From Eledone cirrhosa (taxonomy: Eukaryota): a stretch of 64,000 nt of DNA. The stretch lies in NCBI GenBank assembly GCA_964016885.1, contig OZ024741.1, positions 171,554,001-171,618,000 of the forward strand, read 5' to 3'. Positions 51,905 to 64,000 of this stretch are shown piece by piece. The position numbers and the translations under genes were made by a program. The notes under the pieces are model-generated. The model ran no database searches. It was not told where the DNA came from and was given only the letters and a program-made list of their open reading frames with translations. Numbering within the stretch: the stretch's first letter is position 1; each line of letters opens with the position of its first letter.

Positions 51905-52243
51905 GGCACATGGCTTAGTGGTTAGAGCATTGGCCTTGCAATCGAAAGGTTGTGAGTTCAATTCTCAGACCGGGTGATGTGTTGTTTCCTTGAGCAAGAC
52001 ACTTTATTTCACATTGCTCCAGTTTACTCAGCTGTAGAAATGAGATGATAGGGGCAGGTGTCCCTATCATTCCACTGCAAAGTGGTCGTGGAGGTGCCAC
52101 AGAAAAAAAGCACCCAGCACTCACTGTAAATGAGGTGGGTGTTAGGAAGGGCATCCAGCTGTAGAAATCAAGCCAGAATCAGTTCCCATCCCACCCTTGC
52201 AAGCAGGGAAAAGTGGGCGTAAAATGAAATGATGATGAAATGA

Positions 52244-52246
<3 letters not shown>
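51905..52246 (+). mobile_element. CORE-type SINE S2a, full length
   Basis: tRNA head, CORE-like segment, segment nearly identical to the RTE subfamily 2 UTR, (tga)n tail. Confidence 0.88.
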
Positions 52247-52277
<31 letters not shown>

Positions 52278-52279
<2 letters not shown>

Positions 52280-53283
52280 TAGCTGAGGAACCCAGCATTG
52301 CTAGGGTTTAAGTAATATAATTGTTTGTGCAGAAATAACACATGATGAGGCTCTCGGTTGAATTAAGTCTTATAGGAAAGGACGGCCATCGTCGGGTATG
52401 TCCACTCCACGGCCAACTGGTTAATCTGACCCGCAGAGGCCTTCTATCCACCCTGTAAGATGTTCCATTCGGTTAAATATATGCATGTTAACAGCAAAGA
52501 TGACACAGCCTAGGGTGGGTAGGTAATTTTAAATTATCCTTATGGCCCGCGTGTCAACTGTGGTCTGTTGAAGATTTCTATTCGATTCGCAAAGGGTTCC
52601 GCCTGGTATACATTTTGGAAAATACCCCCGCATTACCCAACCAGAGTCCATAAATCCCATTTGTCTGGGTAAAACTTGGCCCATGGAGGGCAAATTCAAT
52701 TGTTATTCATCCCATCGTTGTACAGCCCTCTGTCCCGCTGGAAAAAACCATCCACTGCACATAAGTGGTGTATCTATGATGTTTGAAAAAGGCATTTGCG
52801 ACACTCGATATTTGCAGTATTTTCCCTTTATTAAGGTGCCCTGGGAAAATTTTTAACACCTTATTGATACATAAATAATGCACCTGTACAGTTTAAAGCA
52901 AATTGGTTGCTCATATCAGAAGAAACAAACCAAATAAAAATAGGTTTGTGCCACTTTTTGCCTCCTGGGATAATTCTTAGCCTAAGGCCATCCTTAACAC
53001 ATAATCTATCTGTGTTTCAATTTTGAAAGAAATTGGTGGAGAGCTTTAAAAGCTATGGCAGAAAATAACATTCATATGAGAATTTGCAAGCAAATGATTT
53101 ATGAAAAATCGACGCAGACTGGTAATTAACGATTTTTTTAAACTTCAAAGTACGTAAGAAATCAAATGGGCATGAGAGCGAGTTTCATCAAGATTGGTTT
53201 GGTAGTTTTTGAGTTTTAGGTTCACAAACAAATCCACAAACACACACACATACAGACAGAAATTGCCATTTATATATATAGAT
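52278..53283 (+). mobile_element. Helentron/DINE-1-like non-autonomous element (~1 kb)
   Basis: Starts actagctgaggaacccagcattgctaggg, ends acagacagaaattgccatttatatatatagat. Confidence 0.6.
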
Positions 53284-53466
53284 ATTTAATATAGAGATGG
53301 CTTCTACAGGACTAGAACTGTTTCATTCGGAATAAATCATCAGGTGATTTACTCTGAATGAAACAGTTCTAATTCTGTAGAAGCCATCTCTATATTAAAT
53401 ATTTATACTTTGCTATGTATTGTGTACCTTACTTACTGTGGTTACCCACAATTGAACCCGGGATAA
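53282..53466. mobile_element. Penelope-like family 1 fold-back element
   Basis: Palindrome 53282-53402; 3' part is the reverse homolog of 5268-5336. Confidence 0.6.
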
Positions 53467-53930
53467 ACATATATATATATATATATACACACATACAGAG
53501 AGAGAGAGAGATGCATACATTTACAACACCTACTGCACTACATTACACTACACACCACCCACACACATACACACATGCCCACACTCATCTACATATTCAC
53601 ACAGACTTGAGTAACACATTGTGCAAAGCACGCCTACACTCACCCACACTTAAATACACTTCTCATTGCTAAAAGACTACTTGCTCATCTATTGTCTCCA
53701 TTGATAAACCTATCAACTGTGAAGCATAACCTAATATATACATGTTTTTGTGTTGTCTATGTGTGTGTGTATGTATGTCAGTGCGTATATATATATATAT
53801 ACACATATATGTTTGTATATATATATATACACATACAAACATATATGTGTTTATATATATATATATATATACGCACTGACATACATATATATATATACAC
53901 ACACATATGTGTATCTATATATATATACAC

Positions 53931-53983
<53 letters not shown>

Positions 53984-54729
53984 ATATACACACACATATG
54001 TGTACACATATGTGTATATATATATATATATATACACATATGTGTATATATGTCAGATGTGGCGTGTAAGAGAAAAGACAGCACTGGCACAGACATGGGG
54101 TGTGTACAGATAGTATCAGTAGGACAAAGAAGTACCAGAAGACCCAATCAGAAGAAAGCTGTGGAGGTGGAAGGCCAAAGAAGATGTGGGCCGAAGTGAT
54201 AAAAGGTGATCTTTGGATTCTGAACATCATGAAATAGATGATAAAAGAATGCAACAAGCGGCAAACGGTAGTGGCAAAGACCCAACCAGCCTGTGTATGC
54301 ATGGAATAACCAATATAACAATTATAGCATATATACGGGTATATATATATATATGGCAATCCAATACAAAACCTTGTTCACATATATGATCTAGCAGTCA
54401 TTCGGTATGTATGATAATTTTCTACTTATGAAGAATTTGAAAAATGATGATTTTTATGATTGGTTATTCCAATGACTTGAAATTCTGAGTGCTGTGTCTT
54501 TGAGTTTTTGTAACTATAGTTGGAGCATTATATAAGTTAAAGTTGGCTTCTTTCAGCCAATTTGACTTATATCCCCAACAACATGTGATTTGGGCTTAAA
54601 TTTAGATTATATTTTTTTAAGTATATATATATAAATACATCCATACAGGCATACATATCTATATATGCACACCCATACACATATATACATATATATATAT
54701 ACACACACACACACACATACGCATGGACA

Positions 54730-55225
54730 TTCTTCTTTTTCACTCACTTATTTCTTAGAGTTTTATTGGGGCAGGGTCCTCAAGAACGCCTTCAAGTGGG
54801 TACTGTCAGAAGAAGCCATTTCCAACTGATCTGGCTGGATCCCCCAATCGACACCAGCCAATCTCATGGATGTTATCCAACCAACTTGCTCCAAGTCTAT
54901 CCTTAAATCACCTATCAGTTGGCTTTGCCCATAAAATCTGTCCAGCAATTCTTTCCTGAGACATTCCTGAGACATTCTAACTACATGCCCATAGTATGGG
55001 AACTGTGATTTCTCTGAGCTATGAACTCTATTGAGTAACATTATTCCAAACATCCTATACAGCTGCTTGTGTTTGTGGTCATATCCCATTGCTCATTACC
55101 AAAGACTTATGAACATGGGTAAGGGTTAGCATGAATACCAAAGTGAAGATAGCGAGTTTGGTTTTTACACCTACCTCCTTCTTCTGATGGCTGGATATTG
55201 ATGCTGGTGCATTACTCCAGCTTCA
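54730..55225 (-). mobile_element. Expander/RTE-like LINE 3' relic
   Basis: Homologous to 27041-27580; (GAA)n-like tail. Confidence 0.7.
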
Positions 55226-55785
55226 TATATGTAATTTGTATCAAAGACATGATAACCTCCCTAAGGAATCCAGCCATAGTAAACCTGCATAAAAATGGCT
55301 TAGAAGGAATCCTTAGCTGTGACAAAGACATGACAAAACCTTCCTAGTGCTGATGTCACAAAATGCACTCAGTAGAGTGTCGGAGTATGTGTAAATGAGA
55401 TGGCAGTTCCTGGCCCATCTGAGAGATCAGTAGCCTCTTGAATACTGACTCAGTCTGTGAAAACCTGTCCAACCTTTGCTAGCAGGTAAACAGACATTAA
55501 ATGATGATGATGATGATGATATACACATATAAGAAAAGAGCTAATCATACACTTTCCGTTTGTCCGTCATTACCATTCTCATAACATCATAATTTACATA
55601 TGAGGTTCTATCCCACAGCACATTACATGTCAGAACATTACATAATTTAACACTTAGATCATATTTGTCATTTCTACAGTTGGATGTTCTTCATAAAACC
55701 AATCACATTTGCGTGTGTTGGGTGCTTTTTGTCGTGAGACCTACATGACCCCTTAGCAACTTTAGGATGTGTAATCAACATATTT

Positions 55786-55818
<33 letters not shown>

Positions 55819-56149
55819 TTTGATGGTCCTGGTGGGAATGGGTTATATATTTCATCAAATTGTTTTGCATTAATTCATTAGCTATAGTACAAAAGCAACC
55901 CCTAGGCCTGTCTGAGAAGTCAGTAGCTCTGTTTGAGTAGATTTGGTTTGTGACAACCCATACAACTCATGCTAGCATGGAAAAGTGGACATTAGATGAT
56001 GATGATGTTCTGTATGTGATCATCATCATCAGCATTGTTTTAACTTCCTTCTTCTTATTTGGTGTTACTTCTTTCTTCCTATATGGATTAGAGGACTAGG
56101 TATCATTCCTATGTTACACACGCCCACACACACAAATATATATATATAT

Positions 56150-56722
56150 ATCATCATTGTTTAACATCCAATTTCCATGCTAGCATGGGTTAGACGGATT
56201 GTCCTATATGAGGTAAGGTGGGTCAGGTGACTGTCTTGCTCATATAGAACTGTTTCTGGATAGATTTCTACAGTTGGATGTTCTGCATAAAACCAACCAC
56301 ATTTGCGTGTGTTGGGTGCTTTTTGTTGTGAGACCTACATGACCCCTTTTTCCGTGTGGGCTGAGTGCTTTTTGTCATGATACCTACTCGACTACTGTAC
56401 TATGTGGGCTGGGTGATTTTTGTTATGACCACTTTACATGACCACTTTACTGTGTGGGCCAGGTGCTTTTCGTTGTGACACCTACTCGACCACTCTACTG
56501 TGTGGGATGGATGCTTTCTGTTGTCTCCTACACAACCACCTTACAGTGTGGGCTCGGTGTTTTTTGTTGTGACACCTACACAACCACCTTACAGTGTGGG
56601 CTGGATGTTTTTTATCGTGACACTTACACAACCACTTTAGTGTGTGGTCGGGATGCTTTTTTTGTGACACCTACAGGACCACTTTACAGTGTGGGCTGGG
56701 TGCTTTTTGTCGTGACATCTAC
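56150..56722 (-). repeat. RTE 3'-UTR derivative with its ~43-bp subrepeat expanded into a minisatellite
   Basis: About 9 degenerate copies of tgggctgggtgctttttgtcgtgacacctacacgaccactttacagtg. Confidence 0.75.
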
Positions 56723-56806
56723 ATATATATATATATAATATTTATATATGTATATATATATATGTGTGTGTATATATATATTTAAATATATATATTTATA
56801 TACATA

Positions 56807-56845
<39 letters not shown>

Positions 56846-57038
56846 TATACTTATATATACACTATATATAATTATAAACAGGAAAAGTAAGTAACTCATT
56901 ACCACCTTATTACCAGTAAGAAAAATAGCTCAATGTAAATACATCAGATGTTTTACAGAGCCGGAATATAAATTACAGAATAATCAAAACTATGTTCAAA
57001 ACATTTTATTGCTGATAATCGTGTATATATATATATAT

Positions 57039-58832
57039 CATCATCATCACCATCATCACCGTTTTACGTCCGTTCGTCCATGCTAGCAGGGTTAGACAGG
57101 TTGTCCTGTTGTGGGCAGTGTCTGGTCGGCTGACCATGCCTTGCTCATACAGGAACTGATTTTGGGTTGATTTCTACAGCTGGATGCCCTTCCTAACACC
57201 AACCTCATTTACAGTGAGTGCTGGGTGCTTTTTTGCCATGGCACCTCCACGACCACTTTGCAGTGGGAGGGTGTGGGGGCATATTGTCTATATACTTCAG
57301 CTTGTACCCATGGGAGTTCGGGTACTCTGTATTACTGCGTGACGCCAGAGGTCACGGTCGTGTGTCATCACCTTTGAGAGGTGTAATTGGGTAAGGTCTG
57401 CTTTTATCACCTCATCCCAAGTCTTCTTGGGTCTCCCCACTCCGCGGTTTCCATTGACTTCTAGTGCTCTGCACCTTTTTATGCAGCTGTCATCCTTCAT
57501 ACGCATCACATGTCCATACCAACGTAACCGCCTCTCTTTCACACAGCAATTGATTCCTCAGTCTCTCTCTCAATTAATTTATGCTTTGCCGATCGCGTAT
57601 ATTACTATTACACATCCATCGGAGCATGCAGGCTTCATTTCTTTCTAATCTACATAAGTCTTCCACCTTCAGCGCCCAGGTCTCACTACCATGTAACATT
57701 GCTGTTCGTATACATGCATCATACAGTCTGCCCTTCATTTTGAGGGAAAAGCCTTTTGCAGCTAGCAGTGGCAGTAGTTCACTGAACTTCTTCCATCCCA
57801 TTCATACCCTAGTTATTGTACTTTCTGAACACCCACCTCCGCTGCTAATTCGGTCACCTAGGTAGCAGAAGCTGTCTACTGTTTCTACAGAGCCCTCCCA
57901 GAGTTTGGTGGTACTTGTTTCCTGTGGCTGTTTGCTGCTTTCTGTCCCAGCACAGCTGCTACATGTGAAGCCTACATTCTTAATTAAGCTTCTTGAGATC
58001 CCGCTACATCTCTTGTGTACCCATTGTTTGCATTTGGGGCAGAGAATGGAGTTCCTACCTACACCTTTCCTACATACTGAGCAAGGCCATTTCTCTGAGG
58101 GGATCTGGGTTCTGTTTTCTAGTCTACTTACAAGGACCTTAGTCTTTGTCAGGTTGACTTTGAGACCCTTTCTTTCTAGTCCTTGCTTCCAAGTTTGGAA
58201 TTTCTTCTCCAGTTCTACCATAGATTCAGCTATAAGTGTGAGGTCATCTGCATACAAGAGTTCCCATGGGCATCTGGTCTTAAACTCCTCCGTTATTGCT
58301 TGCAGGACTATGATGAACAGGAGAGGGCTGAGAACAGAGCCCTGGTGGACCCCAACCTGTTCGCTAAATTCCTCGCTATATTCCTCATTGCTAATCCTAA
58401 CTTTGCTGACTGCTCCCCTATACATGGCTTGTACCGCTTTCACAAGCCATTCATCTACTCCTAGTTTTCTAAGAGCCCACCAGATTACTGCACGTGGAAC
58501 TCTGTCAAAGGCTTTCTCAAGGTCGACAAATGCCAAGTAGAGTGGCTTACTTTTAGCTAGGTACTTTTCCTGTAACTGCCTCACAAGGAAGAGGGCATCA
58601 GTGGTGTCCCTTCCTGGTACAAACCCAAATTGCATCTCATCTAGTTTCACCCGGTCCCTAATCAACTGTGCTATAACTCTTTCTGTTACTTTCATGACCT
58701 GGTCCATCAGCTTTATACCTCTATAGTTTCCTCTATCTAGTGTATCACCTTTACCTTTGTAGCAGTTGACAATGATGCTACTGCACCAATCTTTTGGTAT
58801 GACACCTACTAGTATTACCTGGTTAACAATAC

Positions 58833-58836
<4 letters not shown>
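57039..58836 (-). mobile_element. RTE-clade LINE, 5'-truncated with frameshifts (copy D, subfamily 2)
   Basis: ORFs 57802-58962, 57574-57801 and 57297-57542; likely TSD cgtgtatatatatatatat at 57020-57038 and 58832-58850. Confidence 0.95.
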
Positions 58837-58896
<60 letters not shown>

Positions 58897-60429
58897 AGAT
58901 CTAGCATGAGTATATCTCCTTGATTTGATTGTGAATTTGCAAAATGGAGAAAAAGTATTCATTATATACAGTATAGATTTTATTTATTCTTCTCTCAGTC
59001 ACTACTCTGAGTTTTGTATATTTGTTGTTCACAATCGCTATGGAATCTTCAAAAGCAAAACTAAGATTAACAAGAGAATCCCTCAGATACAATTAAATGC
59101 TTATGTGTGTGTGTGTATGTAGAGGGGAGGTCTGTTTTTCATCATTATCATTAACCACAATCCAGAGATGCCACTACATCTCTGTTACTACCATCATTCC
59201 CTCCCTAAGCACTCACTCATTTCCTACATCACCTTAAAATATTTTTCTTCCACCACCTGTTACTTCTGCTCCCCATCTCTCACTCAATTTTTTAATATCC
59301 ATTAAATAATCCTCCACAACCATTTCTCTCTCTCTCTCTCTCTCTCTCTCCTGCCTCTCTCTCTGTCTTTGTATAGAAATAATAACAATAACAACAACAA
59401 CAATAATGATAATAGTAATAATAACAAATAGTTGATTCTATAAGGGGAATAGAATGAGGAAATGTTTCCTACTTTGACATCATCATCTGCTGGAAGAAAT
59501 GTGCTTCTTATTGATTCAGAGAACATTCATTCTTAGATTTCTTACACTTCAAAACTAGTGTAATATAATCTGCGGCATTTCTCTAGAGAATGTTCTTTGC
59601 TATTATTATGTATTTTTTATTGTGTAGTGTCTTCCAGTAGGTTGCGATGTAAAGCTGCAATGGCTGGTGAGCTTCTGTTTCAATATCGTCCATACATACA
59701 GTTTGTGTGAATCTTCTTGTCCAACTCTGTAATCACAATATGAAATATGTTACACTATAAGATAGAGTAGAAGGGACTCTTGAGTGAGAGGACACTACAT
59801 ACTCATGCTAGCTGTGTCAGTCTGGCCTGTCTAAGATACATATAGAATGACAAAACTGTTCTGCATGTATTTTTTCAGTGTCTGAGTGTTGGCAACCCGG
59901 TGAGTTATATCAAACAGCTGATATGTAAAAATGTTATGTAAAATCCAGATCTAGCTATCAGATGCGTCCATCATGGGGCTCACTTTTCCAATCTCTATTT
60001 GTCAGGAAGGGCAGGTAGTTTGCTTCAGTTTATTGACTATGATGTAAAAGGGTATTTGTTGGAAAAGATTGAAAACATTGACACTCATTTTACTTTTAAG
60101 GCATGTTATTTTGAACTTTAAAAAATTGGAGAGGAAAGTAAGGGATTGGAGGGAGGTACTTCTCTCCAGTGAATTTACGGAAATGTGAGTGATGAGAGGA
60201 TCAAGAATAATCTGAGTAAATGGGCCTACATACAGTATGCATCAGAAAACCCCACATGGGAAAAATCATTTGTTCTTGGCAGTAGGAGCATTCCAGGTTC
60301 TGTGAGGATTATATGACTAGCTCCAGATGGATGTATAAATAATGAAGCTCACAAAAGATAATCGATTAAATGAAATTTTCTTAAAAAGCAAAAAAAAGTT
60401 ATTTAACTGTTAACTACTTTCAAAGTGAA

Positions 60430-60765
60430 GGTGCATGGCTTAGTAGTTAGAGTGTCAGGTTTACAATCCTGACGTTGTGAGTTCAATTCTTGGATTGGGC
60501 TTTGCATTGTGTTCTTGAGCAAGACACCTTATTTCATGTTACTCCAGTTTATTCAGCTGTAGAAATAAGTTGCGACATCACAGGTGCCAAGCTGCATCAC
60601 CCTTTGCCTTTTCTGAGGACAACATTGGTGGCATGGAGATGGGAGACTAGTATTCATGAGCAACTGCTGGTCTTCCACAAACAACCTTGCCTGGACTTGT
60701 GCCTTGGAGGGGAACTTTCTAGGTGCAAATGCCATGGTCATTCGTGACCGAAGGGGGTCTTTACC
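60430..60765 (+). mobile_element. CORE-type SINE S2b
   Basis: Homologous to 25279-25612. Confidence 0.8.
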
Positions 60766-61500
60766 ATTACACTTACTTTCATAGTAAACAGAGAAATCTG
60801 ATCTTTATGTGCAAGGGAACAGCTATAGACATCTAATTATTTTATTGTTTTCATATCTATTTCCCTATGCTGGCATGTATTAGATAGGTGTTTACAGCTG
60901 TAGCTATTTCACTTATAGTGAAATAAACATTAGCATTTATAACAAAACAGAGGTATTATAGTGTCATAAAGCATACCATTTCTTCTTATAACAGCCTTAA
61001 CCTACACATTGACCATTTATGTAATAAACACAGCTTTAAGACAATGTGTTAGTCCTCTATAGGTGTCATTGTCTCACAAAGCCAACCATTTTTTCTTGCT
61101 TGTTGTCTTACATTCAGACCAAAACCAATTTTCTTGAATTTTCTCAGATCAGATGACACAAATCAATGATTTCATGACAAATCAATAATTTATGCTTTAA
61201 AGTACAAATACAATTTTCTTGGACAAAAAAAAAAAAAGAGGATTTTATGCACATTTTATAACACAACCATTGTAACAAACACTCACACACACATCTACAA
61301 ATTAATAAGCACAAAGCATACACTTTTGATACACAACACATACTCACACGTGTACATACAAACCTACACACAACCCAACTACTATTTCCACATTACCATA
61401 TCTTTCACAACAATAAATTATATGTATAAATATCTATATTTTTTTGATTTAATATTCTTTTCAGCTCTTTTTACTCACACACTCATATATATATATATAT

Positions 61501-61580
61501 AAAGGGTGTCCCAAAAAATATATACACACTTTTATTAGAATGATGTTGAAGTGTGTATACATTTTTGGGGGACACCCAGG
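61501..61580. mobile_element. Tc1/mariner-type MITE (~80 bp)
   Basis: gggtgtcccaaaaaatatatacacactt / aagtgtgtatacatttttgggggacaccc in TA context. Confidence 0.6.
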
Positions 61581-61782
61581 ATATATATATTAACTATCCA
61601 ATTTCATGTAAACACCACAAAAATATGCAACCTATCCATGTAAGGTCCTCTTCATCTGGTGACCTTGTGGCAAATGAAATTATTTCTCACCTGATGCCCG
61701 TGTGGCAAATAAAATAACTTATTATTCCCCTACATGTCGGCCCTTGTGGCCAATAAATGAAATGAAACCATTATTATTATTA

Positions 61783-61977
61783 TGGATTGGCAGTATTGGT
61801 AGAGGGTCGGACGCCATGCATAGAGTTACGGCCCTTGCCATTCTGAGTTCAAATCCTGCCGAGGTTAACTTTGCCTTTCATCCTTACGGGGTCGATAAAA
61901 TAAAGTACCAGTAATGCACTGGGTATTTGCTGGCCTTGTGCCAAAAGTAGAAACAATTATTATTATTATTATTATTA
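61783..61977 (+). mobile_element. S1 SINE with (ATT)n tail
   Basis: Homologous to 8251-8430. Confidence 0.85.
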
Positions 61978-62609
61978 GTTGTAGTAGTAGTAGTAGTAGT
62001 AGTTTATTTGTTTCATGTAATATTTTTTCCCACAGCAATCAGTTTCAGATCAATAAGAGTTTTTTTTTTTTAGTTTTTATTTCACTTTGTCTCTTGTATG
62101 TTTATCTCACTCCTTTTTTGCTTTTTTTTTTGGGGGGGGGGGGGGGTGCATCTGTCTCCAGGCACCTTAAGTGTTTATGTGAGAGAGAGAAGGAGAAAAA
62201 AAAACAGAGAGTGAGTGAGAGAAAGAAAGTGATAGCAGTAATACAACCCCAGTATATAGATAGATAAAAAGCATTCATTACTGACACAGAAGCCCTCAAC
62301 TAAACACACCCTTACCACAACCACAGCCGCCCCACATCCATTTCTGAAAGGAGCAAACTCAGCAGGTGATTAGTGAATAGAAGAATATGAAAAGGAAAAG
62401 GAAGACGGAAAAGGGTTAAAACACATTAAAGAAAAGGAAAAACAACAAAAACAGTTTTAAGATTCACCTACATAAAATGTGATGACCTAATTCTGTTCTC
62501 TACCAGAGGAATAATGGCAGAAAAGGTGAGAGGTGCAGGAGAAGTATCACTAAGGAAAAAAGTACTCATATCAGACAAATGCAGAGATACACATACATGC
62601 ATATATGTA

Positions 62610-62668
<59 letters not shown>

Positions 62669-62800
62669 AATCAATTTCTAGTTGATATAAAATGCTCGGA
62701 TCTATTCATTGGAATCTTGGAGCATATTTTACGGGTGATATGGCGCATGTCTATCTGACATGACACCCTTAATTTAACTTAATTTTGAATATATATATAT

Positions 62801-63842
62801 AAGTAGCAGCAAGTGCCCACAGAATACTAACTCGTTCCATTGCACAGATGGTTCTATAGAAATAGTGAACAGCTTCCGTTACCTGGGTGATAAAATCAAT
62901 CAGCAGTGGGAGAGGGTGCTCTGAAAGTAGAGTAGCTAGGGTCAGAACGGGATGGAAAAAATTCAGAGAGCTTATACCACTATTGGCCGCTAAAGAGTTC
63001 TCCCTAAAAATGAAGGGCAGGCTGTATGATGCCTGCATACGAACAGCAATGTTACATGGCAGTGAGACCTGGGCATTGTGTGCAGAGGATATACGCAGAC
63101 TGGAGAGAAACGAAGCTTGCATGCTCCGTTGGATGTGTAATAGTAACATACGTGAACGGCAAAGCATAAACGTACTAAGGGAGAAATTAGAAATAAGAGG
63201 GATCAGATGTTGTTTACTCAAGAGAAGACTACGTTGGTATGGTCACATGATGCGCATGAAAGACGACAGCTGTATAAAAAAGTGCAGGGCAATAAAAATA
63301 GACGGTAGCCACAGAGTAGGCAGATCCAGAAAAACCTGGGACGACTTAATAAATTCCGACCTCACACACTTACACCTCTCCAAGGCAATGTCACTGGACC
63401 GAGAGATTTGGCGCTACACAGTAATAGAGAAGACCCACCTTACCTAAGTACAAAGTGAAACCTACTACAGTCAGTAGGCACCTCTAACAAAATACACCCT
63501 GTCCCACTACCCCCACCCCATCCACACCACCCCTTCAATGTAAAGTTATGTTGGTGTCACAACATCCAGCCCGAAACAAATGAGGTCGTGTAGGTGTCAC
63601 GACAAAAAAACACACAGTTCACGCTGTAATGTGGCCATGTAGGCAACATGGTAAAAACCTCCCAGTTCCACACTGTAAATGTGGTTGGTGTTAGGAAGGG
63701 CATCCAGCCGTAGAAAACCCGCCAGACAGTCCTATGCGAGCAAGACAACCACTCTTGCCTCAAGTGGGAAAACCCCCGTCCAAACCCATGCAAGCGTGGA
63801 ATATGGACGTTAAACGATGATGATGATGATGATGATGATGAT
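62801..63842 (+). mobile_element. RTE-clade LINE 3' part (copy E, subfamily 1)
   Basis: ORF 62887-63447 matches the copy A C-terminus; UTR and (GAT)n tail; (TA)n on both sides. Confidence 0.93.
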
Positions 63843-64000
63843 ATATATATATACTATCCGAGAGCTTCCAACAGTAATGGTTGCATTCTTTAAGGGTATG
63901 TCAATATTTATTTATAAAACTGCTCTATATTATATTTTATCTGATGAAAGCACACCATAATTTAACTTGGTGTCCTTGAAATATGTATAATGAAATAAAT

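Noticed and set aside
51905-51975. tRNA gene-like sequences
   Set aside because: These are SINE heads with A/B boxes followed by SINE bodies, with no intact cloverleaf.
53692-54359. Long YI/CV-rich ORFs (also near 7200, 38140, 45832 and 51026)
   Set aside because: Stop-free dinucleotide microsatellites.

Overview
AT-rich, microsatellite-dense animal DNA made almost entirely of transposable elements. The repeat mix resembles an octopus/cephalopod genome (inference only). No convincing multi-exon host gene was found, only weak exon candidates. The main finding is a 5.85-kb array (9704-15556) of near-identical 466-bp units. Each unit carries one type I hammerhead ribozyme (HHR) motif, aacggtg-CUGAUGA-U-agcu/aaca/agcu-U-GAAA-CUAG-UA^-caucguu. 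About 9.7 units have the ribozyme on the minus strand and about 2.8 on the plus strand. The two arms are joined head-to-head at 14230 and both outer ends run into (TA)n. This is the architecture expected of a non-LTR retrozyme (a ribozyme-processed circular RNA copied by rolling-circle reverse transcription, probably by a Penelope-like RT). A diverged sister copy at 1-530 keeps the ribozyme and shows compensatory changes. Several other small HHR-bearing or fold-back Penelope-like families occur, some with an unusual U.U pair at the base of helix II. Other content: RTE-clade LINEs with a C4HC3 PHD finger inside the RT region, CR1 and Expander-like LINE relics, two tRNA-derived SINE groups, a decayed Buster-type hAT transposon, MITEs and Helentron/DINE-like elements. 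Structures and identities were read by eye, and boundaries of decayed elements are approximate.
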